Sequence record: PZ239915.1
Direction: 5' to 3' (one strand)
Origin: a phage
DNA length: 36,820 nucleotides
Position numbers and translations under genes: made by a program
Notes under the pieces: generated by a model
Told to the model about the DNA's origin: nothing
The model's database searches: none
What the model saw: only the letters and a program-made list of their open reading frames with translations
In this document: positions 1-7,076 of the stretch, one piece after another
Numbering within the stretch: position 1 is the stretch's first letter
Layout: each line of letters opens with the position of its first letter

Positions 1-219
1 CCAGAGTCAGACCATCGCGTTTGCTCTGTAAAATGGAAAGCATTTTGCTCGGCTCACATAGAGAACAGGACTGAGGCTTTTAGAATTGGCAGGTTGCGTA
101 ATGCTAAGATGATTATGACTAATGCTCACCTTTTCCGTGCGCCATTAAGGATTACACACCGTAAGAACCAGAAGTCTCAAGATATTATCGCAAACAAATC
201 TTTTACTATGGAGGATTGA
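1..219 (+). CDS. 3' end of an upstream gene (partial, function unknown)
   Basis: Frame 1 is open from the window edge to TGA at 217-219, one nt before the ATG at 221 (operon-style junction). No recognisable motif. Confidence 0.3.
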   Translation, partial: PESDHRVCSVKWKAFCSAHIENRTEAFRIGRLRNAKMIMTNAHLFRAPLRITHRKNQKSQDIIANKSFTMED

Positions 220-220
220 T

Positions 221-640
221 ATGAATATTACAGATAAGGTCGATTACATTGAATTTTACCCTGGCCCGGTTAAGTCATGCCCTAAGGAGGATGACGAACA
301 AATCTTTTGCTCTGATTGGGTTAAGTATAACTACCCAGATATGGTATTTTTCCATTGCGTGAATGAGGGAAAGAAAACCATTGGTCAAGCAAGAAAAGAC
401 CAGGCTAAGGGGCTTCTAAAAGGCGTATCAGACTGTATGTTTCTTATTCCTGAATCACTTCGAGGTAAGTATCCTTTCGGGGCTATAGAGCTAAAGAGGG
501 CTGGCAAAACTCAAGCAAGTCCAGTCAGCGAAGAACAGAAAGCATTTCTGAAAAGTGTAGTGGAATCAGGCGGTTTCTCGGCAGTCGCCTACGGACGTGA
601 GGGTTTTCTTGCAGCATTCAAAGAAATGATTTCAAAATAG
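221..640 (+). CDS. VRR-NUC-like (PD-(D/E)xK) nuclease
   Basis: 139-aa ORF; GVSDCMFLIPE...GAIELKRAGKTQ...SEEQK pattern resembles the VRR-NUC D/E-K nuclease core; GGA RBS before the ATG. Confidence 0.6.
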   Translation: MNITDKVDYIEFYPGPVKSCPKEDDEQIFCSDWVKYNYPDMVFFHCVNEGKKTIGQARKDQAKGLLKGVSDCMFLIPESLRGKYPFGAIELKRAGKTQASPVSEEQKAFLKSVVESGGFSAVAYGREGFLAAFKEMISK

Positions 641-680
641 CACGAATTGCTAAAGACGATTTTAAAATATGGGGTATAGT
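636..680 (+). promoter_or_regulatory. conserved palindromic box + -10-like hexamer (promoter-like element)
   Basis: AATAGCACGAATTGCTAAAG, 22-bp spacer, TATAGT. Confidence 0.5.
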
Positions 681-716
681 TACTACATCGAAACGAAACA
701 CAAAGAGAGAAATAAA

Positions 717-911
717 ATGGCTACTATCTACACTGGAAAATTCTACGAATCACGCAAAACTGGTTATAAATACCAACTTGTTATCACTGAAGATGGTTAT
801 GTACTTGATGATGAAGAGGGTTACGCATTAGAGGTTAGCCCAACATACAAAGATGATTTAGAGACAGTTAAAAATATATTTGGCGAAAAATTTGATGAGG
901 TATCAGAATGA
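717..911 (+). CDS. hypothetical protein (64 aa)
   Basis: Track ORF 669..911 trimmed to the ATG at 717, preceded by AGAGAGA; the conserved promoter box and CATCGAAACGA leader lie upstream. Confidence 0.5.
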   Translation: MATIYTGKFYESRKTGYKYQLVITEDGYVLDDEEGYALEVSPTYKDDLETVKNIFGEKFDEVSE

Positions 912-1066
912 GAGAGGCAATCGTAAACTGGAAAACCGGAGAGGATTCAAAATTCTTCTTCAATACATTCTCACAATACATTGACAAGTTTGTTTTCGTA
1001 ATTGATGGTGGATGCGAGGTTGTTGTTCCTATTAAGCTAATTGATGGGTTGGGAGTATCAGAATAA
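908..1066 (+). CDS. hypothetical protein (52 aa)
   Basis: ATGA start/stop overlap with the previous gene and TAATG overlap with the next; below the track size cutoff, found by manual translation. Confidence 0.4.
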   Translation: MREAIVNWKTGEDSKFFFNTFSQYIDKFVFVIDGGCEVVVPIKLIDGLGVSE

Positions 1067-1287
1067 TGGCAACCTTTACATTTGAGCACCAATGGGAAGT
1101 ATTTAAGTTAATGACGTTGCAGGAATTGCTTAAGGCTTGTTATAAAAAGCATGCTCCATCACTAGCTGAATGCCTGGATATGAGCTTTGAAGAAGACTAT
1201 CTGAACACCGATATCGAAACATGGCGAGACCGAATGGTTGCTGATATCGAAGAAATGAAAAAAGATTGCCCGGAGGATTTCTTATGA
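1066..1287 (+). CDS. hypothetical protein (73 aa)
   Basis: Track ORF in a translationally coupled series. Confidence 0.5.
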   Translation: MATFTFEHQWEVFKLMTLQELLKACYKKHAPSLAECLDMSFEEDYLNTDIETWRDRMVADIEEMKKDCPEDFL

Positions 1288-1481
1288 TTAACGAAAGGCC
1301 TTTTGTTGTTACATTTAAGCCAAGAAACAAACCCAGAATGGAGATTGACGAATACTTACTAAAATACGGAAATAGCTATTTTGTTCTTGAGATCTCAGCC
1401 GACTCGGATAGGTATATTGTTCGCAACGATGCTGGTATGGTTGTTAGTGTTTCAAAATTGGATGTTGAGATTGTGAGATGA
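1284..1481 (+). CDS. hypothetical protein (65 aa)
   Basis: Track ORF 1266..1481 trimmed to the ATG at 1284 after a GGAGGA RBS. Confidence 0.5.
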   Translation: MINERPFVVTFKPRNKPRMEIDEYLLKYGNSYFVLEISADSDRYIVRNDAGMVVSVSKLDVEIVR

Positions 1482-1669
1482 TTACTGCGACTTGCGTGCG
1501 TGCAAACGGCTCGTTTACTTTATTTGAGGATTACGAATTCAACTTTCATTCAGATGAGGTAACAGTATTGAGCGATGATGGGTGCTATTGGTTCGTTAGT
1601 TATCAAGGTGATGGTTATTACGGTTGCAGAGACGCGGAAGGAAAAGAAGTTAGTTTCTTAGTCGAGTAG
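1478..1669 (+). CDS. hypothetical protein (63 aa)
   Basis: ATGA overlap with the upstream gene; stop TAG sits inside the conserved palindromic box. Confidence 0.5.
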   Translation: MITATCVRANGSFTLFEDYEFNFHSDEVTVLSDDGCYWFVSYQGDGYYGCRDAEGKEVSFLVE

Positions 1670-1709
1670 CACTTTTTGTTAAAGCTCAAATCCAGGGATG
1701 GATTATATT
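1665..1709 (+). promoter_or_regulatory. conserved box variant + -10-like hexamer
   Basis: AGTAGCACTTTTTGTTAAAG, 22 bp, TATATT. Confidence 0.45.
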
Positions 1710-1739
1710 AAACACATCAACAACACAGAGGGTTAAGAG

Positions 1740-1865
1740 ATGAAAATTGCAGACAAAGAGATGTTCGAAATTGCACAAACTTATGCAAATGACGCAGTTA
1801 AAAACGGTTCAGAATGGTCATGGATGTGCGCCAAAGAATACCTAAAAATGGCTTACGGATTATGA
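1740..1865 (+). CDS. hypothetical protein (41 aa)
   Basis: Manual ORF downstream of a promoter box (1665-1709); ATGA overlap with the next gene. Confidence 0.35.
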   Translation: MKIADKEMFEIAQTYANDAVKNGSEWSWMCAKEYLKMAYGL

Positions 1866-2110
1866 TAGTAGAAACAGGACGAGCAGCCGTATGGGCGCAT
1901 TGTGGTGAAGCTGGATTGCAAGATGACATTAAGCAGATATCTAGATTCTTTGATATAAAAGATATCAGCGTCGTGTTCAATGGCAAATTCTCTTACATGG
2001 ATGAGCGCCCAAGAAAATACGTAAGAGTTAAGCCAGGCGTCAGGATTGATGTTAACGAGTTCCTTAAATCTGAGGGATTCAAGTTTAAGATAACGAAGCC
2101 TAAGGATTGA
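1862..2110 (+). CDS. hypothetical protein (82 aa)
   Basis: Track ORF 1814..2110 trimmed to the ATG at 1862 that overlaps the upstream TGA. Confidence 0.5.
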   Translation: MIVETGRAAVWAHCGEAGLQDDIKQISRFFDIKDISVVFNGKFSYMDERPRKYVRVKPGVRIDVNEFLKSEGFKFKITKPKD

Positions 2111-2364
2111 GTATGTTTGGTTTAGATTTTCAGCCAGAGCATTACGATTTAGTATATGGTCAAAGTGGTGCAAAGTTTAGAGCGATACCTATTGCTGATT
2201 GGTTCCCTCCTGATTATGTGGATGTGAACGCAAAAACTAAAGACGGGAAGTGGGTTCAGATTTACTACTCCCCAGCATGCGGAAACCTTTGTATGACTGA
2301 CCTTGATCAGAAATTAGCAATTAGTGCGGAAGTTATCGACTACTGGTTGAAAGAAGTTGAATGA
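2107..2364 (+). CDS. hypothetical protein (85 aa)
   Basis: Track ORF; ATGA-type junction with the upstream gene. Confidence 0.5.
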   Translation: MSMFGLDFQPEHYDLVYGQSGAKFRAIPIADWFPPDYVDVNAKTKDGKWVQIYYSPACGNLCMTDLDQKLAISAEVIDYWLKEVE

Positions 2365-2447
2365 AGAGCCTGATACTAGTAGCATTAGTCCAACTATTTA
2401 GCTTTACTATCTTATATTTTATCGTAATGAATTAAGGAACTTATATA

Positions 2448-3578
2448 ATGGCAACTGCAAAAATCACTAACGAACAATTGCGCGAAGAACTGGCTAATGG
2501 CATGACCAACAAGGCAATCGCAGAGAAGTATGGAATGAACATTCGCAACGTTGAATTGCGTCGCAGTAAGCTGGCAAAATCAGGCGAGCTTCATGGAAAC
2601 CCTGGTATCAAGAAGTTAGTCCCTGACGGTTATATGGTCAAAGGAACTTCAACGATGATTGACGCGGCGGGTAATGAAAAGCTTCGCTGGGTTAAAACCT
2701 CTGTAGATAATGAGCGCCTTGAGGTTTTAATGGAGCAAGCTAGAGAGGCATTTTGTTCTGAGTTGCCAAAAGCAGATGCGGTCAGCCACTCAGGCAACGA
2801 AGTTAACTCTGAATTAATGACTCTTTACCCTATTTTCGATATCCATATCGGCATGATGGCGCATCGCCATGAATCTGGTGAGAATTATGACACTAACACG
2901 GCAGAGAAATTAATGGAATCATATTTCGACCATGCAATTTCTGTATCACCTGCGTCAGAGAAAGCCGTTGTTTTAGTTGGCGGCGACTTCCTTCACTCTG
3001 ACGGATTGGAAGCTGTAACCCCAGCGAGCGGACACTGCCTTGATCAGGATAGCCGGTATGCTAAGTTAGTTTATGTTGCGATTCGATCGATTCGTGCCGC
3101 GGTAGAGAAGATGCTTAAGAAGCATAAGAATGTCGAGATTCAGATTATAGAGGGAAATCATGACCAAAGCGGCATGATCTGGCTTCGCGCTGCAATGGCT
3201 GCATTTTATGAAAACGAGAATCGCGTGTTTGTTGATACCAGTCCAGCAATCATGCACAAGACGCGATTTGGCTCAACATTACTTGGTTACACGCATGGTC
3301 ACACAATGAAGAAAGCCGAGGGTCGACTCGCAGCAATGGCGACCGACTACCGCAAAGACTTTGGTGAGTGTGAGTTTGTTTACTGCCACTCCGGGCATTT
3401 TCACCATGCAACTGTTACAGAGTGCACACTTGGTATTGACGAGGTTCACCCAGCACTGGCCAGTAAGGACGCATATGCCGCACGTGGAGGTTGGCGCTCA
3501 TACCGTCAAGCGGCTGCGATAGTTTACCACAAGAATTTTGGCGAGGTTGGTCGCCATATTTACCGCCCAGGCATGTAA
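2448..3578 (+). CDS. calcineurin-like metallophosphoesterase with N-terminal HTH domain
   Basis: Phosphoesterase motifs seen directly: DIHIG, GGDFLHSD, EGNHD, GYTHGH, HSGHFHH. N-terminal TNKAIAEKYGMNIRNVELRR resembles a helix-turn-helix. Stop TAA lies in a promoter box. Confidence 0.75.
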   Translation: MATAKITNEQLREELANGMTNKAIAEKYGMNIRNVELRRSKLAKSGELHGNPGIKKLVPDGYMVKGTSTMIDAAGNEKLRWVKTSVDNERLEVLMEQAREAFCSELPKADAVSHSGNEVNSELMTLYPIFDIHIGMMAHRHESGENYDTNTAEKLMESYFDHAISVSPASEKAVVLVGGDFLHSDGLEAVTPASGHCLDQDSRYAKLVYVAIRSIRAAVEKMLKKHKNVEIQIIEGNHDQSGMIWLRAAMAAFYENENRVFVDTSPAIMHKTRFGSTLLGYTHGHTMKKAEGRLAAMATDYRKDFGECEFVYCHSGHFHHATVTECTLGIDEVHPALASKDAYAARGGWRSYRQAAAIVYHKNFGEVGRHIYRPGM

Positions 3579-3622
3579 ATAGCACATTTTGTTAATAAAG
3601 CCTCAAAGGATTGAGGCAAAAT
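3578..3622 (+). promoter_or_regulatory. conserved box variant (weak -10)
   Basis: AATAGCACATTTTGTTAA, 22 bp, CAAAAT; spacer contains a hairpin. Confidence 0.3.
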
Positions 3623-3652
3623 GAATAAACGATAACGAGATGAGGAGTTATA

Positions 3653-4126
3653 ATGATTTACGTATTTGATATTGACGGAACTATAGCTAATAATGAGCAT
3701 AGAAATCACCTTTTACCATCCAGTGACCTTCACTTGACTTCAAGTTGGAAGTATTACAATAAAGCCTGTTCTGGAGACTCACCAATAATCCCAATGATAA
3801 ACATGATGAACAAACTTGCGGAATTATGTCCTGTTTACATAATGACATCCAGAAGTGATGAAGTTGAATGGAGAACCCTTGAGTGGCTTCAGGATAATGA
3901 GGTTGAGTATGATTCTATATACATGAGAAGTCGATATGACAACCGAAAAGATTACAAAATAAAAGAGGAATGGCTTAATGAAATCAGTGGTGGCGATAAA
4001 GGAAGTGTGGTTATTTTTGAAGATAACCCACAAGTAATTAAGCACCTAAGAAGTTGCGGATACACCGTTATGGCTGTATGTGAATATGAAGAACTACCTA
4101 AAGATTGCGAATCTCACGGAGAATGA
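3653..4126 (+). CDS. HAD-superfamily phosphatase/nucleotidase-like protein
   Basis: N-terminal FDIDGTI (DxDGT, HAD motif I); GAGGAG RBS. Confidence 0.55.
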   Translation: MIYVFDIDGTIANNEHRNHLLPSSDLHLTSSWKYYNKACSGDSPIIPMINMMNKLAELCPVYIMTSRSDEVEWRTLEWLQDNEVEYDSIYMRSRYDNRKDYKIKEEWLNEISGGDKGSVVIFEDNPQVIKHLRSCGYTVMAVCEYEELPKDCESHGE

Positions 4127-4128
4127 AA

Positions 4129-4683
4129 ATGACTAAATTATTTATCCTTAATGGCCCCGCTGGAGTTGGAAAGGACACTATAGCGGATATCATGGTTGAG
4201 ACTGGTGTAGCCAAAGAAAAGGTATCATTCAAGTCACCAATGTTTAACGTTGCAAAAGGAATGCTATCAAGCGATGAATTTGATGGATTCATCAAGAATT
4301 ACGACAATAGAGACTATAAGGAATCGCCTCATGGATTTCTTGGCGGTATGACAGTTCGTGAATTTATGATTTGGATTAGCGAGTCTGTAATGAAGCCAGT
4401 CTTTGGTGATGATATTTTCGGTAAAAGGCTAGCCAAGTCACTTGGTGATGGTTGCTACATTTGCGCTGATGGTGGATTTGCTAGCGAGATTAAGCCACTG
4501 ATCGACGCTGGTGTTGAGGTCACGTTAATCAGATTGCATAGGGCAGGGTACACATTTGATGGCGATAGTCGCTCATACATTCACGGGGTGTGCGCAAGAG
4601 AAATTGATGTTCGTGTTGTTGATTGTGATATTGATGGAACATCAGCATTGGTAAGGCACGTAATAAATAGCACGAATTGCTAA
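4129..4683 (+). CDS. P-loop kinase, deoxynucleoside-monophosphate-kinase-like
   Basis: Walker A GPAGVGKDT near the N-terminus, as in phage dNMP kinases. Start set at the ATG 6 nt after GGAGAA (track gave 4105). C-terminus NSTNC is encoded by the palindromic box. Confidence 0.55.
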   Translation: MTKLFILNGPAGVGKDTIADIMVETGVAKEKVSFKSPMFNVAKGMLSSDEFDGFIKNYDNRDYKESPHGFLGGMTVREFMIWISESVMKPVFGDDIFGKRLAKSLGDGCYICADGGFASEIKPLIDAGVEVTLIRLHRAGYTFDGDSRSYIHGVCAREIDVRVVDCDIDGTSALVRHVINSTNC

Positions 4684-4710
4684 AGATAATAATAAAAACT
4701 GAGTTATCAT
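4666..4710 (+). promoter_or_regulatory. conserved palindromic box + -10-like hexamer
   Basis: AATAGCACGAATTGCTAAAG, 22 bp, TATCAT. Confidence 0.45.
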
Positions 4711-4751
4711 TAACACATCGAAACGAGATGAAACAAAATAGGAAGCACAAA

Positions 4752-4928
4752 ATGACTAAAATGATTTATTGCACCAAAAACAACTCCAAGACGCTGCCAT
4801 TTACAGTTAACAAGCCGTACAATGCAGAGTATCAAGGTGACGGATACTACAAGATTTATGGCGACGATATGACGTGGATTTTAGCGCCGATTGATGGTTC
4901 GCTGGTTGAATTTATTATCGCAGACTAG
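4752..4928 (+). CDS. hypothetical protein (58 aa)
   Basis: Track ORF 4677..4928 trimmed to the ATG at 4752 after AGGAAG; promoter box and CATCGAAACGAGA leader upstream. Confidence 0.45.
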   Translation: MTKMIYCTKNNSKTLPFTVNKPYNAEYQGDGYYKIYGDDMTWILAPIDGSLVEFIIAD

Positions 4929-4954
4929 CGCATCTAAAACATAGCTTTACAAGT

Positions 4955-4983
4955 GGGGGGCCTTTTGGCTCCCCTTTTTTTTG
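4955..4983 (+). terminator. rho-independent terminator
   Basis: 8-bp GC-rich stem (GGGGGGCC/GGCTCCCC), 4-nt loop, then a 9-T run. Confidence 0.6.
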
Positions 4984-5047
4984 CTTCTTTTCCGAACAGG
5001 GCTACTGTATCATGTTTACACTAACTTAAACATTGACAAATAGACAA

Positions 5048-5275
5048 ATGGAGGATCACATGAGGGAAGTAATCAACGCCGCTACGGCGTCAACTGGAGG
5101 GGCAGCGGTAACTGGAGCGGCAACTGGTCAGATGACTATAGCAATAATCAGCCTTATCGCTTTAATCATTTTTGGTGCGTGGGGTGCTTACTGGAAGTTT
5201 AAGGATAGCCAGGCGATTCGGCGCGCTCTTGAATCAGGAGACTTAAAAACAGCAATCAAGATAAGGAGTAAGTAA
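5048..5275 (+). CDS. holin (possible dual-start holin/antiholin)
   Basis: Small protein with a hydrophobic stretch TIAIISLIALIIFGAWGAYW and a charged C-terminus, directly upstream of the endolysin. Two in-frame ATGs (MEDHM) four codons apart. Track start 5033 is a TTG. Confidence 0.6.
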   Translation: MEDHMREVINAATASTGGAAVTGAATGQMTIAIISLIALIIFGAWGAYWKFKDSQAIRRALESGDLKTAIKIRSK

Positions 5276-5761
5276 ATGAAGCAGAGGCTGCTAATTAGCG
5301 CGGCTACGGCTGCGGCAATATACATCGCAGCACAGCTTATTGAGCTCGTAGAGGGTGTGGAAAACAAGCCTTACATGGACATTGCTGGAATCCCTACTGT
5401 TTGCTCTGGCGTTACTGGCCCTGACGTTGTTTGGGGTAAGACCTACAGCAACAGGGAATGCCGGAACTTACTGGAGAAGCACATTCAGATTCATGCCAGG
5501 CATGTTCAGAATGCAGTTACCTACCCAATCGCACCTCAGACAAGAGCGGCTTTAATCAGCTTTAGCTACAACGTTGGTGGAAATGCGATGAGGAATTCAA
5601 CGGCAGTTCGACTTATTAATCAGGGTAAAGTTGAGCAGGGTTGCAATGCTCTCGGGATGTGGAATAAGGCTCGGGTTAACGGAAAGCTAAAGGTAGTTAA
5701 AGGCCTAGTTAACAGGAGAAACGAGGAGATTAAGTTATGCTTAAGTGGATTGCAGCGTTAG
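5276..5761 (+). CDS. SAR endolysin (GH24 lysozyme family)
   Basis: Gly/Ala-rich N-terminal signal-anchor-release segment LLISAATAAAIYIAAQLI followed by an E-x-D-x-T catalytic pattern (ENKPYMDIAGIPT); starts one nt after the holin stop. Confidence 0.8.
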   Translation: MKQRLLISAATAAAIYIAAQLIELVEGVENKPYMDIAGIPTVCSGVTGPDVVWGKTYSNRECRNLLEKHIQIHARHVQNAVTYPIAPQTRAALISFSYNVGGNAMRNSTAVRLINQGKVEQGCNALGMWNKARVNGKLKVVKGLVNRRNEEIKLCLSGLQR

Positions 5762-6126
5762 TAGTGTGCGTAGCTTTATCTGGATGCTCAGCAACAGATG
5801 CGCTGACTGGTTTGATTGGAAGTAAGCCGGAAATTAGCGCTCAGGCCGGAGCGGAAAACAATAAGGTTGGTGTTGGGTTAACGAACAAGGTTGACTCCAG
5901 CAGCTCCAGTGAAGCAACTGTTAAAGATTCTAAGGTTGGGTCACTGGATAGCTCGAGCGGGAAAAAGACTGCTGACAACTCGATTAAGGCATCTACAATC
6001 ACCGCAGAAAAGATTGAGATTACCAACAACGACTCATCCGCACTTCCATGGATTGGAACAGGAGCTATGGGGTTACTTGTTTTTATCCTCCTGACTGTAA
6101 TCTTAAGACGTAAAAAAGCCTCCTGA
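5737..6126 (+). CDS. unimolecular spanin (lipoprotein with C-terminal TMD)
   Basis: Lipobox LSGC at the N-terminus plus C-terminal transmembrane segment GLLVFILLTVIL and basic tail; overlaps the endolysin 3' end by 25 nt; AGGAGA RBS. Confidence 0.65.
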   Translation: MLKWIAALVVCVALSGCSATDALTGLIGSKPEISAQAGAENNKVGVGLTNKVDSSSSSEATVKDSKVGSLDSSSGKKTADNSIKASTITAEKIEITNNDSSALPWIGTGAMGLLVFILLTVILRRKKAS

Positions 6127-6142
6127 TGGAGGCTATATTTTT
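6112..6142. terminator. bidirectional terminator between convergent genes
   Basis: AAAAAA, GCCTCC/GGAGGC stem with TGAT loop, then TATATTTTT; sits between the spanin (+) and a minus-strand ORF. Confidence 0.55.
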
Positions 6143-6476
6143 AGCTAAATAACTCGTCGTCAGCCATTGTTCCTATATTCATCATCTCTTTTATGTACTT
6201 GCTTTCATAACCGTTAAGTGCCTCGAAGTTAAACCCAAATGGCCTATTCAAACTCCCCTTGCTAACAAACTCCCCGCACTTACCATCAATGTAACCCATA
6301 CTAAGCATCTTCGCGCAGAACTCTTTTGAAGCCGCGCTGCAAAACTCTCGATGTGATAAACCCGCTGCCTTGCTGAACCTCTCAGAGTCCTTATGCTGGT
6401 ATATGAATCTCGCCAAATGCTGGCGCGTGAAGTATGAATATGACTCGCAGAACTTAAATATATCGAGAAGAAACAA
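6141..6476 (-). CDS. hypothetical protein (TTG start)
   Basis: Track ORF. TTG start lies 5 nt after a GGGAGG inside the HNH gene 3' end. Alternative internal ATG at 6311. Confidence 0.35.
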   Translation of the reverse strand: MFLLDIFKFCESYSYFTRQHLARFIYQHKDSERFSKAAGLSHREFCSAASKEFCAKMLSMGYIDGKCGEFVSKGSLNRPFGFNFEALNGYESKYIKEMMNIGTMADDELFS

Positions 6477-6478
6477 AG

Positions 6479-7009
6479 CTACCTCCCGTGATTATCATGG
6501 TAAGAAAGCGAGATCTCAGCAGATTTTCTTGCGCATGCTGCATCAAAAATATTATCGTAATAACCAAGACTGGTAGTTTTCCCATTGACCCCTATCTGCG
6601 AAAAGTATTTTCCACGCTTATTTATTGTTACGCCAGATATTCCAGTCTTATTCCTCTTATTCATTGATAGGTTCTTCTGGTTGCATTGCCTTGACACCAG
6701 CCTTAGATTTTCAACTCTGTTGTCATTTCTTATGTGATTAATGTGATCAACTTGCATTCCTTCCGGTATACTTCCATTAATCATCTCCCATATAACCCTA
6801 TGAGCCATATATCTTTCCCCATATATACCAAGAAGTATATAACCACAACCTTTATCATCAAGGCATCCAGCTACCTTGCCAGCGTATTGGGTGTTGCACT
6901 TATTCATTGTTCTAACCTGAGAGAAGTGACTTAAAGGCCTTATTTTCCATATCAGTTTTCCATTTTTGTAATAAAAATATTCATGCCAGTTCATTTCCGC
7001 TAACTCCAT
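6479..7009 (-). CDS. HNH homing endonuclease with AP2-like DNA-binding domain
   Basis: VDHINHIRNDNRVENLR HNH motif; downstream GISGV...YFSQIGVNGK...LGYYD resembles an AP2 domain. Confidence 0.75.
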   Translation of the reverse strand: MELAEMNWHEYFYYKNGKLIWKIRPLSHFSQVRTMNKCNTQYAGKVAGCLDDKGCGYILLGIYGERYMAHRVIWEMINGSIPEGMQVDHINHIRNDNRVENLRLVSRQCNQKNLSMNKRNKTGISGVTINKRGKYFSQIGVNGKTTSLGYYDNIFDAACARKSAEISLSYHDNHGR

Positions 7010-7026
7010 CGTGTTTGCCTATGCAA

Positions 7027-7075
7027 ACAATAACAAAAGCCCACTAGGGGCTTTTAACAAAAAATGCTATTTATC
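7027..7075 (-). promoter_or_regulatory. conserved box variant + -10-like hexamer (minus strand)
   Basis: Minus strand reads TAAATAGCATTTTTTGTTAA, 22 bp containing a terminator hairpin, TATTGT. Confidence 0.4.
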
Positions 7076-7076
7076 A

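Noticed and set aside
636-680. Reading the TTGCTA inside the conserved box as a standard sigma70 -35 hexamer
   Set aside because: Spacing to the -10-like hexamer is consistently 22-23 bp, not 16-18 bp, so a canonical -35/-10 pairing is unlikely; kept as a distinct upstream element instead.
4105-5047. ORF-track start codons at 4105, 4677, 5033 (and similar TTG/GTG-initiated extensions at 18654, 19947, 23017, 30662)
   Set aside because: These extensions run through upstream terminators or promoter boxes and lack an RBS; downstream ATGs with Shine-Dalgarno support were preferred. The GTG at 24221 was kept because it has a strong RBS at correct spacing.
5355-6094. Track ORFs 5355..5555(+), 5841..6029(-), 5891..6094(+) inside the endolysin and spanin genes
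   Set aside because: Fully embedded in, or antisense to, well-supported genes; no RBS; low-complexity translations. Treated as frame shadows.
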